Shown here in pieces: positions 30,001 to 41,074 of a DNA stretch of 64,000 nucleotides. The notes under the pieces are model-generated. The model did no database searches. It was given only the letters and a program-made list of their open reading frames with translations, and was not told the DNA's origin. Numbering within the stretch: the stretch's first letter is position 1; every line of letters begins with the position of its first letter. The stretch is from an uncultured Planctomycetaceae bacterium (GTDB lineage Bacteria; Planctomycetota; Planctomycetia; Planctomycetales; Planctomycetaceae), in the NCBI GenBank assembly GCA_963976765.1, contig CAXBME010000013.1, forward strand, positions 124,001 through 188,000, written 5' to 3'. The position numbers and the translations under genes were made by a program.

Positions 30001-31133
30001 CGGTCGTTTCAATCGAAGTGTCAGGGATCACGCTCAGGTCCGCCTTGAATCTGATACTTGAACCGATGAATCTCACAACAACGATCGACGAGCCAGATGG
30101 CGTTCTGATCGTGACCAGTCATGAACGTGCAGGAGGGAAAAAGCTAGTCGTGGCGTACGCTGTTGCCGACCTCGTGATTCCAGTTCCGGCGCAGGTCCGT
30201 GTTGAATCACCCGGCACAGTCACCCTTCCAGAAGCGGATATCGCCGCGACTGCTGACGCATCGCGGACCCAAATCTCGCCGTGGCGGGTCGCGGCGCCGC
30301 TGTCGGCGTCGGAAAGCAGAACGCCGATCGACTTCCAGAAACTGATCGGACTGATCACCGAAACCATCGAACCGGATTCGTGGAGTGAACGTGGTGGGTC
30401 AGGTTCGATCGTTGCTCACGGATCGTCTCTGAGTCTCGTCATCCGAGCAACGCCTGCGGTTCATGAGCAGATTCGAGACCTGCTCATTCAGTTACGACGG
30501 ATGCGGGATGTGCAGGTCACACTGCTGATGCAGACTCTGGATGTACCGCAGACGTTTCTCGCTGAATGGAACTCTGATCCGGTGTTCAAGCCACTTTCCG
30601 AGTCGAAGTCGCATCGACACATGCGGCTGTCGAGTGCGCAGGCGGACGCACTTCGTCAGGCTGGTAAATCGAGTGCGCAGGCGGACGCACTTCGTCAGGC
30701 TGGTAAATTCAGTGCGAAGGTGACGTTGTTTAATGGTCAGCTCTGCGAATTGCGCATGGATGCGAAGGACGGGATGAAACAGAACTGGCATGTGCAGCCA
30801 GTGGTGTCCGGCGATCGTCGGTCCGTACGGCTGGGAGTGGGAATTATCGACGGGCGAAGCGGAGTTGCCGACGAAGTTGTGCCCACTTCAGTAATCACGG
30901 TTTCGGACGGTGACGCAATTCTGATCGAAGTAGACGATTCGACGGAGAAAGAGACGCGGAACGTGGGCGAACCAGTGCCTGGTCAGACGCGTGCATTTCG
31001 GCGAGTTTCTCAGTCTCGACGATTCGTACTGATTCAACCCAGGGTTGTGATTATCGAGGAAGAGCTGATTCAACCCAGGGTTGTGACTATCGAGGAAGAG
31101 AAAGAACTGCTGAGCATTGATACTGAGCAGTGA
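27024..31133 (+). CDS. BlaR1/MecR1-type M56 metallopeptidase signal transducer with large extracytoplasmic STN/secretin-N-like region
   Basis: N-terminal TMs, LWLVVLLK, ILAHELLHIRRGD (HExxH), WWFHPLVW, EAERCCDEEV. Later VSFPETPLDDVL...GITLRSALNLILEP (STN-like) and LITETIEPDSW...SLVIRATPAVHEQIRDLL (secretin N-domain-like). Confidence 0.9.
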   Translation: MASGFVPIALSQLWQVTLLILIVAAVNRWATRQRPHLSHLLWLVVLLKCVTPPLWASSGGVFCWLQPEVQIETTVAAEWVTTPPDWEQLLEVDSQVVFHADDSGSEIAGVILEDAEADELLQNENVVEMQTIKPDKRGFGEVVIVVWLGVVLLVLLAVIFRWLNFWRLVRSSSQRESPELVALLDSLSRQLGVRRRVRLIVTESLVGPAVIGFFRVTVLIPAVVADKLQGKAVAPILAHELLHIRRGDLWVGLLQTLAQAMWWFHPLVWWVGRVTTREAERCCDEEVLGELNCDPASYARALLDVLDLKSQLQPVPVFPGVRPVDVTSQRLERIMTLRQGCRRRSPWWCWLVAMMAAAVALPGAAFVVSAQDEEPLDALQAEAVPLPAQFPAPQVDGQPRPARSVLEGQLVRAYNLADHDSAETTHVYATAEFAHLLGGSEVEQRQKLEQLIRSREQAKDAEINWFDDRPVVRTTNAGHRAVRECIAVLLGSDTTAKQFDEFLDNVTKRTEETVVVDLQFVTMNDSSYSEIEDALIEVEELDDFPLVLPTEKWDSLLKAVPHDDAWYYLAPQLAVFNGRTVHIESVAQHPPVTVRSENPYRTHGGLPGASDWVGWKALALPVVHDDDTFWLGMRFEVRSLAVSEEDSAQLNETEPLIRRHEVGFTATLREGQVVVLPGLNVNYGRTSGSSGSTFLAARIRMLDPTPVPNAVPSPKALTGIGVKSDSSITGEFVEDLPPAADRDPVIRQVGAQDAQLSEADKPAEVDRRQMLTRRSLGPLLLTLSIRGDGAVRPRATVLFEDADGNEVLAGTADDVQITERHHVRIIEMVNANLKTIGVANHQFIAKRLRLIFDPDENPRGKLRMQLEAADVEFESDGRKSNLSARWIDLLLNVDPFTIEEAKASKMAAVKTEVPVVSTQQDDPAPNQSISEKQSQDARETAGERTHRILNQLVAVSFPETPLDDVLRSLSKSHGLNIALDARGLEEEGLRADSVVSIEVSGITLRSALNLILEPMNLTTTIDEPDGVLIVTSHERAGGKKLVVAYAVADLVIPVPAQVRVESPGTVTLPEADIAATADASRTQISPWRVAAPLSASESRTPIDFQKLIGLITETIEPDSWSERGGSGSIVAHGSSLSLVIRATPAVHEQIRDLLIQLRRMRDVQVTLLMQTLDVPQTFLAEWNSDPVFKPLSESKSHRHMRLSSAQADALRQAGKSSAQADALRQAGKFSAKVTLFNGQLCELRMDAKDGMKQNWHVQPVVSGDRRSVRLGVGIIDGRSGVADEVVPTSVITVSDGDAILIEVDDSTEKETRNVGEPVPGQTRAFRRVSQSRRFVLIQPRVVIIEEELIQPRVVTIEEEKELLSIDTEQ
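30630..30707 (+). repeat. Perfect 39-bp in-frame tandem duplication inside the M56 gene
   Basis: TCGAGTGCGCAGGCGGACGCACTTCGTCAGGCTGGTAAA twice (30630-30668, 30669-30707), encoding SSAQADALRQAGK twice. Confidence 0.95.
31029..31100 (+). repeat. 36-bp in-frame tandem duplication (1 mismatch) near the 3' end of the M56 gene
   Basis: CTGATTCAACCCAGGGTTGTGA(T/C)TATCGAGGAAGAG twice (31029-31064, 31065-31100), encoding LIQPRVV(I/T)IEEE twice. Confidence 0.95.
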
Positions 31134-31382
31134 TTCGCTTGGCTGCTGTTCAGAATCTCGACACTTCGGGCACCGCTGCATTCTGAAGTCCAGCTTCGGC
31201 ATTCTGCAGCGGTGCTTCGTGTTTAGCCTGCTTCATATCAAACCAGCGACATCGGAGTATCAGTCGCGAAGGCGTAAGCTTCTCGCTTGTCGACAGAATT
31301 GTTGATAGAACTGTCGACACGATTTCGGTTGTCACCGCGTCGACCGAGTCTCCGTCTCGTCTGACTTTAGAGGTGACTCACG

Positions 31383-32183
31383 ATGTCGACTGAATCAGCA
31401 GAAACGGTGGCCAATGAGCCGAGTGACAAGCCTCCGCGAAATCCTGTTGAGCGAGTCATCGTCTGGGGGCTGATTGCCGCGTTGCTGGTTGTCGCCGGAA
31501 TCGAAGCGCGAGCACAACGCGGTTATACGATGTCTCTGAATGCGTTTCAGGCGGCGTTTGCTGACAGTGAAGAGGTCGAGATTTCGCTGGACGAAGCTCG
31601 TCAACTGATGGTGCTTGGGCCGACAGAAGTCAAATCGCCAAAACGGTTCGGTCCCTTACACTATTACGACTACTATCGTTTCTCGTGGTTCAGCCTTTTC
31701 AAATCTGGTGACTATGAGATCACTCTGAAAGTCACGGACAATGAAGAATTGAACGTGACCAGTTTCTCGACTCCAGCAGCGCCACTGCCCGACTGGATGA
31801 ATGATTCCATTCGCTCGGCTGAAGATACCATTTCTGAAGACGGCGACGCATCTGGCGGCGGGTTTTCTCGCGGCGCAGAATTTTCAGGTGGCGGTGGTGG
31901 TCAATCTGGCGGGCGAGGTTTTCGACCACCGCCGAACCCACTCATTACAAAGCTCGACACAGACGGCGACGATGAGCTTTCAGCAGAAGAGATTGAAGGA
32001 AGTCCAGCCGTTCGTCAATCGCTCGACGCCAACGGTGACGGAGAACTCACTCCTGAAGAGTTTGATCCAGAAGGCTTCGGACGTCGTGTCGGAGAATTCG
32101 AGCGAGGTGGATTCGTTCCTGACGGAAGTGGCCAAAGTGACTCCGGCAGTTTTCGCCCGCAGCGGCCAGCGTTCGATGAGTAA
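31383..32183 (+). CDS. Membrane-anchored protein with Gly-rich linker and two EF-hand motifs
   Basis: N-terminal TM (VIVWGLIAALLVVAGI); LDTDGDDELSAEE and LDANGDGELTPEE Ca-binding loops; RBS GAGG. Confidence 0.8.
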   Translation: MSTESAETVANEPSDKPPRNPVERVIVWGLIAALLVVAGIEARAQRGYTMSLNAFQAAFADSEEVEISLDEARQLMVLGPTEVKSPKRFGPLHYYDYYRFSWFSLFKSGDYEITLKVTDNEELNVTSFSTPAAPLPDWMNDSIRSAEDTISEDGDASGGGFSRGAEFSGGGGGQSGGRGFRPPPNPLITKLDTDGDDELSAEEIEGSPAVRQSLDANGDGELTPEEFDPEGFGRRVGEFERGGFVPDGSGQSDSGSFRPQRPAFDE

Positions 32184-32255
32184 CCCGCTCCGGAATTCAG
32201 CATGGCTGAGGTGGAGACCGCAAGCCGCGCGCTCCACTGTGTGCTGAGCCGCGGG

Positions 32256-34784
32256 TTACGTCGCGGAACTGGCAAGTGCCACGGCTTCGGGTTGAACTCG
32301 CGGGAGGGCGTTTGTGTCTTTGCGTGACTCGCCCTGATTGATCATCCAGCGGATCATCAGGAAGGCAGCTCCGGCGCACGTCATCAGCGTCAGGAAGTTG
32401 TACCGCAGCGTGTCGTTCGGGCAGGACACGAACCAGGAAATGAGGTCGTTGTCGAGCCAGTCAGGTTTTGATTCTGAGAGGCTGGCGCTGGCCTGACCGT
32501 GAAACACGGCCAGCGTGTTAAAGCACAAATGGAACGCGACGCCCGGCCACAGACTGTTACTTCGGACGGCGATCAGGCCCAGCACCATCCCAAGCAACGA
32601 TGCATTGAAGACCTGCTGAGGGACCATGTGAATCAGGCCGAACGTGATACTCGATAAAATGATTGCGATGCCCGTGCGACCGCCGCTTCCGAAGCCGGAC
32701 AGGATGAACCCTCGGAACGCGACTTCTTCGCACAGGGCGGGCGTTAACGCAAAGACTCCGATGACCACGTATAGCGGAAGAGTGTCGTCGGACATGGCTG
32801 CGAAAGCGGCCTTGGCGCTGTCGGGAAGTTGCGGGAAGAAGCTTTGCAGACTGGCCAGCAACTCAATGGCCAGCGGATGAAGAACGAACGGCAGCGCGAT
32901 GGCGACGGCCAGCATCCGACCGCTCGGCATTCTGAGTCGTAGCGTCCTGCGAGCGCTGGAGGTAAACAGGATCGCCATAAAGATAGCCGGAGCAGCAATG
33001 AGAGCCGCCTGCTGAACGACTGCCAGCTCCATCATCTTCCGCCCCATATTCTCTGCCGTGACTCCAATCATTGAGCCAGTCAGTAGTTTGATCGTCAGAA
33101 ACTGCAGAAACATCATCAGCATGAAGCATCCAGCGGCCATCGCGAATGTTGGCAGCGGAGTCTTGTCGCGAAGCAGATGTCGCAGCCAAAGTTTCAGATC
33201 AAACTGTTCGGCCTCGCGGAACAGGACGTCTTCACTTTTGAATTGCTCAACGGCCCACCACAGAGCGATCAGGCTGTAGCCGATGCTCGACATTAGAACC
33301 GGCAGTGCAAAAACCAGGACTTCGGTATTGCCGGGATTCATCAGCAGCGCTTTCAGCAGTAGTGCCGGGCCGACGATTGGCATCGCACAGTAAAACAAGG
33401 ACGCGCCGCCGGTCGCTGTCAGCTCGATCGATGGCGACATCGAGAACATCGTCATGCCCATCGTGATCATGAACAGCGGTGTCAGGTAGTACTGCCCCTC
33501 TTTGTTGCTGCGGGCGAACGTCGCCAGTGACAGGCAAAGTGCGCTGAAGAACGCCGCAAGTGGAACCAGCAGGACGACCAGCCAGAACAACGCCAACGGT
33601 GTTGGCAGCGGAACTGCTCCCATGCCGGACATGGCTGAACCGGCTCCGGCGGTCATCGAGACAATGTACTGCCCGGTAAAGCCCATGCTGATCAGGTTGA
33701 GCATCGTCGTGGACATGCTGAACAGCAGGACGGTCAGAAATTTCCCGACAACGATCTCGGAGCGAGTTGCCGGGCAGATCAGCAGCGTTTCCATTGTGCC
33801 GCGTTCTTTCTCACCGGCAGCCACGTCGATGGCCGGATAGAACGCGCCGGTCAAAGCCATGATGATCAGCAGGGCTGGGAAAATTTTCCCCCACATGCTG
33901 GCGGCGATTTCTTCCTCGTTCGCGACGTCGATCGACAGCAGATTGACGGGATCCGGAACTGTCTCCGGAAGCTGTGCCAGTTCGAGCCGATCTTTCAACA
34001 GTTGACGTTCCCATTTATCGATCGCCTCCCGGACGCGGCGATAAGCGACGTCGGATTTCTCGTCCGCTCGGTTGCGAACCAGAATCGGTCGCAACAACGG
34101 CAGATTCATCAACTCAGCATTGTCGACGCTGCGATCGGCAAGCAGCGTGTTGATCGATTTCAGATTTTCGGCAAAGCCTTCAGGCACGATCATCAGTACC
34201 TGCAGCTTGCTGTTTGCAAACGCTTCGCCGATCGTTTTCTTCAGTTGAAGATACTCGTCGATCATCGCCGCGTAATTTTCCGGCTGTTCCGGAGTTTCGC
34301 CGTTTTGAATCGCGTTTCGCAGAGACGCCGACTGAACGCCTGGCAGTTCGTCGGCCAGGTCAGCGTTCCACGGGGCAAGCTGGGTGACGAGTTCATTGCG
34401 CCGCTCGATCAGTTCGTGAATCTTCGCGGCGTCTTCGAGCAACTGCTTCTGCTCGTCTTCAGTGACGTTCGGTAATCGTGTTTTGTCGTCGGGTGAGTCG
34501 GTCAGGACGCTCAGTTTTGAAGAAGTTTCTTCGGATCGGAACCAGCGAGTCGGGAACGCGCCTTCTTCGACCAGCGGCGGATCAGGCAGCTCTCCCGCGT
34601 TCAGAATGACGACCTGCCGAGGCTGCTCAGTGAAATACATCGTCATCTGCAGCATGCCGATCCCAAGGCCCGGGTACAGCATGATCGGCAGAATCAGGAC
34701 CATGAACAGCGTCCGGCGATCTCGCAATTGATCCCGTACCTCGCGGTGAAGAATCAGCCAGACGTTTTTCCAGGTAAGTTCCAT
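32256..34784 (-). CDS. NatB-like ABC-2 exporter permease fused to a CPBP (Abi/Rce1-like) intramembrane protease domain
   Basis: LILHREVRDQLRDRRTLF; AIDVAAGEKERGTMETLL..P..RSEIVVGKF; C-terminal CEEVAFRG, FGLIH, HLCFN CPBP motifs. Confidence 0.9.
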   Translation of the reverse strand: MELTWKNVWLILHREVRDQLRDRRTLFMVLILPIMLYPGLGIGMLQMTMYFTEQPRQVVILNAGELPDPPLVEEGAFPTRWFRSEETSSKLSVLTDSPDDKTRLPNVTEDEQKQLLEDAAKIHELIERRNELVTQLAPWNADLADELPGVQSASLRNAIQNGETPEQPENYAAMIDEYLQLKKTIGEAFANSKLQVLMIVPEGFAENLKSINTLLADRSVDNAELMNLPLLRPILVRNRADEKSDVAYRRVREAIDKWERQLLKDRLELAQLPETVPDPVNLLSIDVANEEEIAASMWGKIFPALLIIMALTGAFYPAIDVAAGEKERGTMETLLICPATRSEIVVGKFLTVLLFSMSTTMLNLISMGFTGQYIVSMTAGAGSAMSGMGAVPLPTPLALFWLVVLLVPLAAFFSALCLSLATFARSNKEGQYYLTPLFMITMGMTMFSMSPSIELTATGGASLFYCAMPIVGPALLLKALLMNPGNTEVLVFALPVLMSSIGYSLIALWWAVEQFKSEDVLFREAEQFDLKLWLRHLLRDKTPLPTFAMAAGCFMLMMFLQFLTIKLLTGSMIGVTAENMGRKMMELAVVQQAALIAAPAIFMAILFTSSARRTLRLRMPSGRMLAVAIALPFVLHPLAIELLASLQSFFPQLPDSAKAAFAAMSDDTLPLYVVIGVFALTPALCEEVAFRGFILSGFGSGGRTGIAIILSSITFGLIHMVPQQVFNASLLGMVLGLIAVRSNSLWPGVAFHLCFNTLAVFHGQASASLSESKPDWLDNDLISWFVSCPNDTLRYNFLTLMTCAGAAFLMIRWMINQGESRKDTNALPRVQPEAVALASSAT

Positions 34785-34982
34785 AATTTCGGGCTCCAGT
34801 CAGGAATGGGGTCCTGCCAGTGTCCAGGTGGTAAAGGTAATGTTCGATCGATGCTCTGTTCGCTGACGCAAAATCGCAGAACTTCGTGAAGAATTCTAAG
34901 AATTTTCTTCTGTCGTCTTTGCGTGCCTGAAATCAGATTGATAGTCAGTTCTTTGCGGCTTCGCGGCAGATTCTGTGATAAG

Positions 34983-35738
34983 TCATGAAGTGACAGCGGC
35001 TGCGTCGTAACGATCGATCAATGCAAAGAAGAGTTCTTCCATCGAGTCTGTTTCGTGCTGCTCGCAGAGTTCCTGTCGAGTGCCCATCGCCAGGATGTCG
35101 CCTTTATGAATCACGGCAACTCGGTCACACAGTCGTTCGACTTCAGACATGATGTGTGTTGAGTAGATGATCGACTTGCCGGCGTCTCGCAGTCTGGCCA
35201 CCGCTTCGATGACGTTTCGAGCGACCAGCACGTCCAACCCGGAAGTTGGTTCATCGAAGATCAGAACGGGCGGGTCGTGCACGATGGTGCGAGCAATCGA
35301 AACTTTCTGCCGCATACCGGTCGACATTTTCGAACCGAGCAGGTCGCGGAATTCGTGCATCTGCAGCATGGTGAAGACTTCGTCCATGCGGCTGTCGAGT
35401 TGCTCACCAGCGAGGCCGTACAGCTTTCCGAAGTACTCGACCATTTCCCATGCCGTCATGCGGTCGTAAATGCCGGTATTATTCGACATGAATCCGATTC
35501 GCGAACGGACCTGGGCCGGATAGTTGGCGACGTCGTAACCGGAGATGATCGTGCGGCCGCTCGTTGGTCGCAGGACGGTACTCAGAATTCGGAGACAGGT
35601 CGTCTTACCGGCGCCGTTCGGGCCGAGCAGTCCGAAAACTTCACCCGGCTTCACTTCGAAGCTGATTCCGTTTAATGCCGAGACGATTCCGCGTTTGGGA
35701 TCGGAGAAGCATTTCGTCAGCTCGCTGACCTCAATCAT
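34983..35738 (-). CDS. ABC transporter ATP-binding protein (NatA-like)
   Basis: Walker [10 protein letters not shown], signature MSTGMRQK, Walker B LIFDEPT, H-loop STH. Confidence 0.93.
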   Translation of the reverse strand: MIEVSELTKCFSDPKRGIVSALNGISFEVKPGEVFGLLGPNGAGKTTCLRILSTVLRPTSGRTIISGYDVANYPAQVRSRIGFMSNNTGIYDRMTAWEMVEYFGKLYGLAGEQLDSRMDEVFTMLQMHEFRDLLGSKMSTGMRQKVSIARTIVHDPPVLIFDEPTSGLDVLVARNVIEAVARLRDAGKSIIYSTHIMSEVERLCDRVAVIHKGDILAMGTRQELCEQHETDSMEELFFALIDRYDAAAVTS

Positions 35739-35895
35739 CGTGATGCTCGACTGTCAGGTGTTGTGGTCTCTGTGAATCCTCGTCGGATGCGAGGTGAAAG
35801 GGATACACCTCGCGCGCCGCGAGGTTCCCTTTTGAGACTGTACACTCAGAACAATGGCAATTGGATGTGTGAATTTGCTCGCCAGCCAGGTTCGC

Positions 35896-37051
<1,156 letters not shown>

Positions 37052-37068
<17 letters not shown>

Positions 37069-37945
37069 GGTCCACTCCTTCAGGAGCCAGTCCCGCCTGC
37101 ACGGCCAGTTGTTGAAACAGCCGTAAGCCGCTTCGCTCAGCCGATGTCAGGCGGAAGAATAGGTTATCGGTCAGGTATCGCTCGGCGTTTTCAGCCGGGA
37201 TGTTCAGGCTGGAAGCTTCGCGTTGTGCGATCTCAGAGATCCGAGCGACGCCGCGATCGCGAGACTCGCTCAGCATCTGCTCGACGTGGGAAGATGCAAC
37301 TCCGCGACGAGCGACCCACATTGCAAAGACAAACGGCAGGCCCGTCCAGGCAAGCCACTCTTCACCGAGATCCCATACCGTATGAAATTTTTCAGTGGGA
37401 GCGTGCATGGCTCGGTCGCCGATCACCAGCACGGCGTCGGCAGCGGTATGTTGAACCGACATTTCGATCGGCAGCGGCTGACGAGCGGGGTCGACGCCGA
37501 ACCGTTCCAGCAGCATGATCCGTGCAAGCGTCGCGCTGGTGCGAGAACCTTCGTCGAGCGCGAGTGTTCGAATCGCTCCCGGATCGACGCGGCTGTAAAG
37601 CTTGACGCTGAGCACCGGCCCTCGGGTCGCCACACACGCGTCGGAAATGATTTCGTAATCCGCCCCCCGCATGTACTCGACCGATGGAATCAGCGCGACG
37701 TCCAGATCACCCGCTGCCAGTTGATCGGCCAGGCGGCTTGGGTAATCGAGGCTGACGACCGCTTCGGGAAGCAGTTCCTGCAGATCTTCCACCAGCGGTT
37801 TTGAATTGAGATAGCTGACTGCTCCGACCCGGATGGTGGACGGAGACTGCCGCGCAAGCTTCGGCGATTTGCCGGTTTCACGCGGTGAATTAGCGGATTT
37901 GGACACGGATATTTCGGATTCTGTCGCCAGAAGCTGTTGGTTCAT
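37052..37945 (-). CDS. mqnA: Chorismate dehydratase (futalosine pathway)
   Basis: IRVGAVSYLNSKPL, LDVALIPSVEY, GPVLSVKL, LDEGSRTS, LVIGDRA, WDLGEEW..WTGLPFVFAMW. Start placed at ATG 37945; the track start at 38323 overlaps hom. Confidence 0.9.
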
Positions 37946-38194
37946 CGGATGCCTCAAGTCATCGAATTTGACGATTATAGGACCGCAGCCCGCACTCGCA
38001 ATCGGCCCGAGTGCTGCTGTCGAATCCCGCCTGTATCGCGACCCCTGATGTCGCGGTATGTTCGTTCCGGCATCGGAAGAATTCCGGATGCCAACGCGGT
38101 AGGATTCGCCACTCGTGCGGATCCAACCGTACGGAAAATCTGGCATTAACACGAATCCTGAGCCTGCGACTGCTGAATTCGAAAGCTTCATACG

Positions 38195-39514
38195 ATGTCT
38201 GAGCCTGCATTGCGTCTGTCGATTCTTGGTCTGGGGACCGTTGCTTCCGGTGTTGTCCGAATTTTGATGGGAGCCGATTCGCCGGTGAGTCGTCGAGCTG
38301 GCCGCGAGTTCGACATCCGACACGTTGTCGTCCGGGACGCATCGAAAGCTCGCGATGTCGATATTCCAGCCGATCGGCTGACGACTGACTGGAATACCGC
38401 CGTTTCCGACCCGGAAGTTGACGTCGTCCTGGAATTAATGGGTGGCACGACGACTGCTCGCGAAGCCGTCCTGGCCGCGATCGCCGCCGGCAAACACGTC
38501 GTCACGGCGAATAAAGCTCTACTCGCTGAACACGGGGACGAGGTCTTTGCCGCCGCTCGCGAAGCAGGAGTCTGCGTCGCGTACGAAGCAGCCGTCGCTG
38601 GCGGAATTCCGATCATCGCGACGATGGGCAGTTCGATGACCGGTAACCGGGTCGTCTCGATCGAAGCCATTCTCAACGGAACGAGTAATTTCATTCTCAG
38701 CGGAATGCTGGGTGAGCAACGGCAGTACGAAGACGTCCTCGCCGAAGCTCAGGCTCTCGGTTACGCAGAAGCTGATCCGGCCATGGACGTTGATGGGACA
38801 GACGCCGCTCAAAAACTGATTCTGCTGACACAGCTGGCTCTGGGTAAGAAAGTTGGCCTGAACGAGTTTCCGCGGCAGGGCATCGACACGCTCGAACTGG
38901 CCGACATGCTTTACGCCGAAGAACTTGGTTACCGGGTCAAACTGCTCGGCGTCACTCGAGTCGTGGGCAGCCAGTTGGAAATGCACGTCGAGCCAACGTT
39001 GCTCCGCCTGGAACGAGCGATTGCGCAAACCGACGGAGCACTCAACATCGTCGAACTGGAAGGCGACGCTGTCGGACACCTCGTTCTTTCGGGCGCCGGT
39101 GCCGGTCAGATGCCAACCGCGTCCGCCGTCGTCGCCGACCTGATCGATATCGCGATCGGTCGAGCCCAGCAGACGTTTCCGCGGCTTAATCTGTGGCAGG
39201 ACGATTCCGGTCTGTCTGTCATGCCGGCTGACCAGATTCAGCGACGTTATTTCCTGCGATTCAACGTCGAAGATCGACCTCGAGTCATCGCCGACGTCGC
39301 CGACATTCTTGGCCGCAATGAAATCAGTCTGGCCTCGATCATCCAGCACGAAGCTCCCGAAGTTGACGACCCGGAAAACGACGGCGTTCCGATCGTCCCA
39401 CTGGTCATCATGACCCACCGCACGACTGAAGGACGCATCCGCGCGGCCGAGGCTTCGCTGGCCGAACTGTCGACCGTCCGCGCTCCGCACATTCGCATGC
39501 CAGTCGCGGATTGA
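38195..39514 (+). CDS. hom: Homoserine dehydrogenase with C-terminal ACT domain
   Basis: LGLGTVASGV, ELMGG, HVVTANKA, YEAAVAGGIP, ILNGTSNFIL, GYAEADP..DVDG.DAAQK, GAGAG..PTASAV; ACT-like YFLRFNVEDRP. Confidence 0.95.
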   Translation: MSEPALRLSILGLGTVASGVVRILMGADSPVSRRAGREFDIRHVVVRDASKARDVDIPADRLTTDWNTAVSDPEVDVVLELMGGTTTAREAVLAAIAAGKHVVTANKALLAEHGDEVFAAAREAGVCVAYEAAVAGGIPIIATMGSSMTGNRVVSIEAILNGTSNFILSGMLGEQRQYEDVLAEAQALGYAEADPAMDVDGTDAAQKLILLTQLALGKKVGLNEFPRQGIDTLELADMLYAEELGYRVKLLGVTRVVGSQLEMHVEPTLLRLERAIAQTDGALNIVELEGDAVGHLVLSGAGAGQMPTASAVVADLIDIAIGRAQQTFPRLNLWQDDSGLSVMPADQIQRRYFLRFNVEDRPRVIADVADILGRNEISLASIIQHEAPEVDDPENDGVPIVPLVIMTHRTTEGRIRAAEASLAELSTVRAPHIRMPVAD

Positions 39515-39902
39515 GTGAACGGTTCACCAGATTTCGAACGTGGACCAGTCTCGGCGCATTGAACTCTCGGACTTGGTGAGCCTCAAGCTTGCCAGAGTAG
39601 GGGGGGGAGTTCGTTCTTCCATGTGTTCTCAAACTGCTAATGCAGCAATTGAGGGCTCCTGCCAAAGCAGGTGTCAGCGAATGATGCGTCCTGGATGTCG
39701 ATTTCCGGCTGACATCCCGCATGATTAACCCTGCAATTACTCAGGATGTTAAGCCAGGTTGACTCAAGCGAGTCTGCCGGTTGTGTCGATTATTCCTTCA
39801 GGCCGCTGGTGCGCGGGGTGCCTTGCGCATCGCCGGTTTTCTGCGGCAGCCGTTCGAGCGTGGATTCGCCCGGTAAACTGAATGGGAATAAGGAGTTCTG
39901 AA

Positions 39903-40844
39903 ATGCGACGTCTTCTGCAAACCGGGGCGGTGTCGGCAGTCCTGCTGGCACTTTCGCAGGTTGGTCCCGTTTCGCTTTCCGCTGGCGTTTTCTGCAATCA
40001 CGGACTTTTCGGTTGCCGAACGTGCAACCCCTGTCAGACCTGCCACGTCAATCCGTGCCGCTGTCAGGCATTGCCGCCTCAGCCGCAGTTCACGATGCAG
40101 CCTCAGGTTCAGACGACTCCGGTCGTTACCTACAAGGACGTAACGAGAACTGAGTACCGCATGCAGGCTCAGACGGTGACCGTTCCCGTGACGACTCAGC
40201 AGACAGTCACCGTCGACGAAGGCGGCTGGCAGAAAGTATGGGTGCCGAGAATAGTTCAGAAGCAGATTCCGACCACAACTTATCAGCAGCAGGTTGTCTA
40301 TCAGCAGGTGCCTTTCCAGGTTTCTCAGCGAGTGCCGCAGGTTACCTATCAGCAATCGACGACGATGGTTCCGCGAGTCACCGGTCACGTTTCGTCAGGT
40401 TGCAATACATGCGGGTCGGGCAACACCTGGACATCGCACGGCCATAACCACGCGGGCATTGTTGGCTCTCCCGTCGTCACCGGTTCTTCGCCCGTGGTTC
40501 TGGGACCAATTATCGGAGCGCCCATTGTCTCAAACTCCGTCACAAACGGCGGCCCGGTTGCTCTGCCAATGACTGTTCCCTCCGGCCCGGTTCAACTCGG
40601 TCGAGAACTTCAGCCGCTGAATTCGAGCAGTTCACCAGACGCGGCGTCGCACGGGCCAGTACCGGATCCGTCCTATCTTGAGATCCCACAAGCCTCGAAC
40701 TCAGGTGAATGGACGCCGGTCCTGGCCGCATCTCCTGATCCGGTCAGCTCGTCGCGACGAGCCGAGTCTCGCAGCGCAGCCGCATCAGGAATGTTCGTTC
40801 CGGCTCCGTCGGCGGCCAGCGTCTGGCGAACCCGAGTTCGCTAA
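39903..40844 (+). CDS. Secreted hypothetical protein with Cys-rich N-terminus and Q/V/T-rich repeats
   Basis: Signal-peptide-like N-terminus, CRTCNPCQTCHVNPCRC, then repeated V/T/Y/Q-rich segments (QVTYQQ); RBS AAGGAG before ATG 39903. Confidence 0.75.
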   Translation: MRRLLQTGAVSAVLLALSQVGPVSLSAGVFCNHGLFGCRTCNPCQTCHVNPCRCQALPPQPQFTMQPQVQTTPVVTYKDVTRTEYRMQAQTVTVPVTTQQTVTVDEGGWQKVWVPRIVQKQIPTTTYQQQVVYQQVPFQVSQRVPQVTYQQSTTMVPRVTGHVSSGCNTCGSGNTWTSHGHNHAGIVGSPVVTGSSPVVLGPIIGAPIVSNSVTNGGPVALPMTVPSGPVQLGRELQPLNSSSSPDAASHGPVPDPSYLEIPQASNSGEWTPVLAASPDPVSSSRRAESRSAAASGMFVPAPSAASVWRTRVR

Positions 40845-41074
40845 CCGTCCACCGAAAGGCAATAGTGGCAAGCAGAAAACGACCTCAATTCGTTAGTCGA
40901 GATCATCATTCCGAACTGATCTTGCCGCTTTTTCGACAATTCCGAGACACTTCTCCCACTTACCGCATTTCACGCGGCGGTCTTGTGGCCGAAAAACAAA
41001 ACACTTCTGACTCTGCGTCCTGCAAGAGTCGCTCTGTCAAAAATCCCCCCAACTTTCCCACCGAGGTTTCAGCA

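Noticed and set aside
30630..31100. Direct repeats of 36-39 bp as a possible CRISPR array
   Set aside because: Each has only two adjacent copies with no spacer, both are in frame inside a CDS, and no cas genes are present.
37946..38323. Long N-terminal extension of mqnA in the ORF track
   Set aside because: Overlaps hom on the opposite strand and shows no family features.
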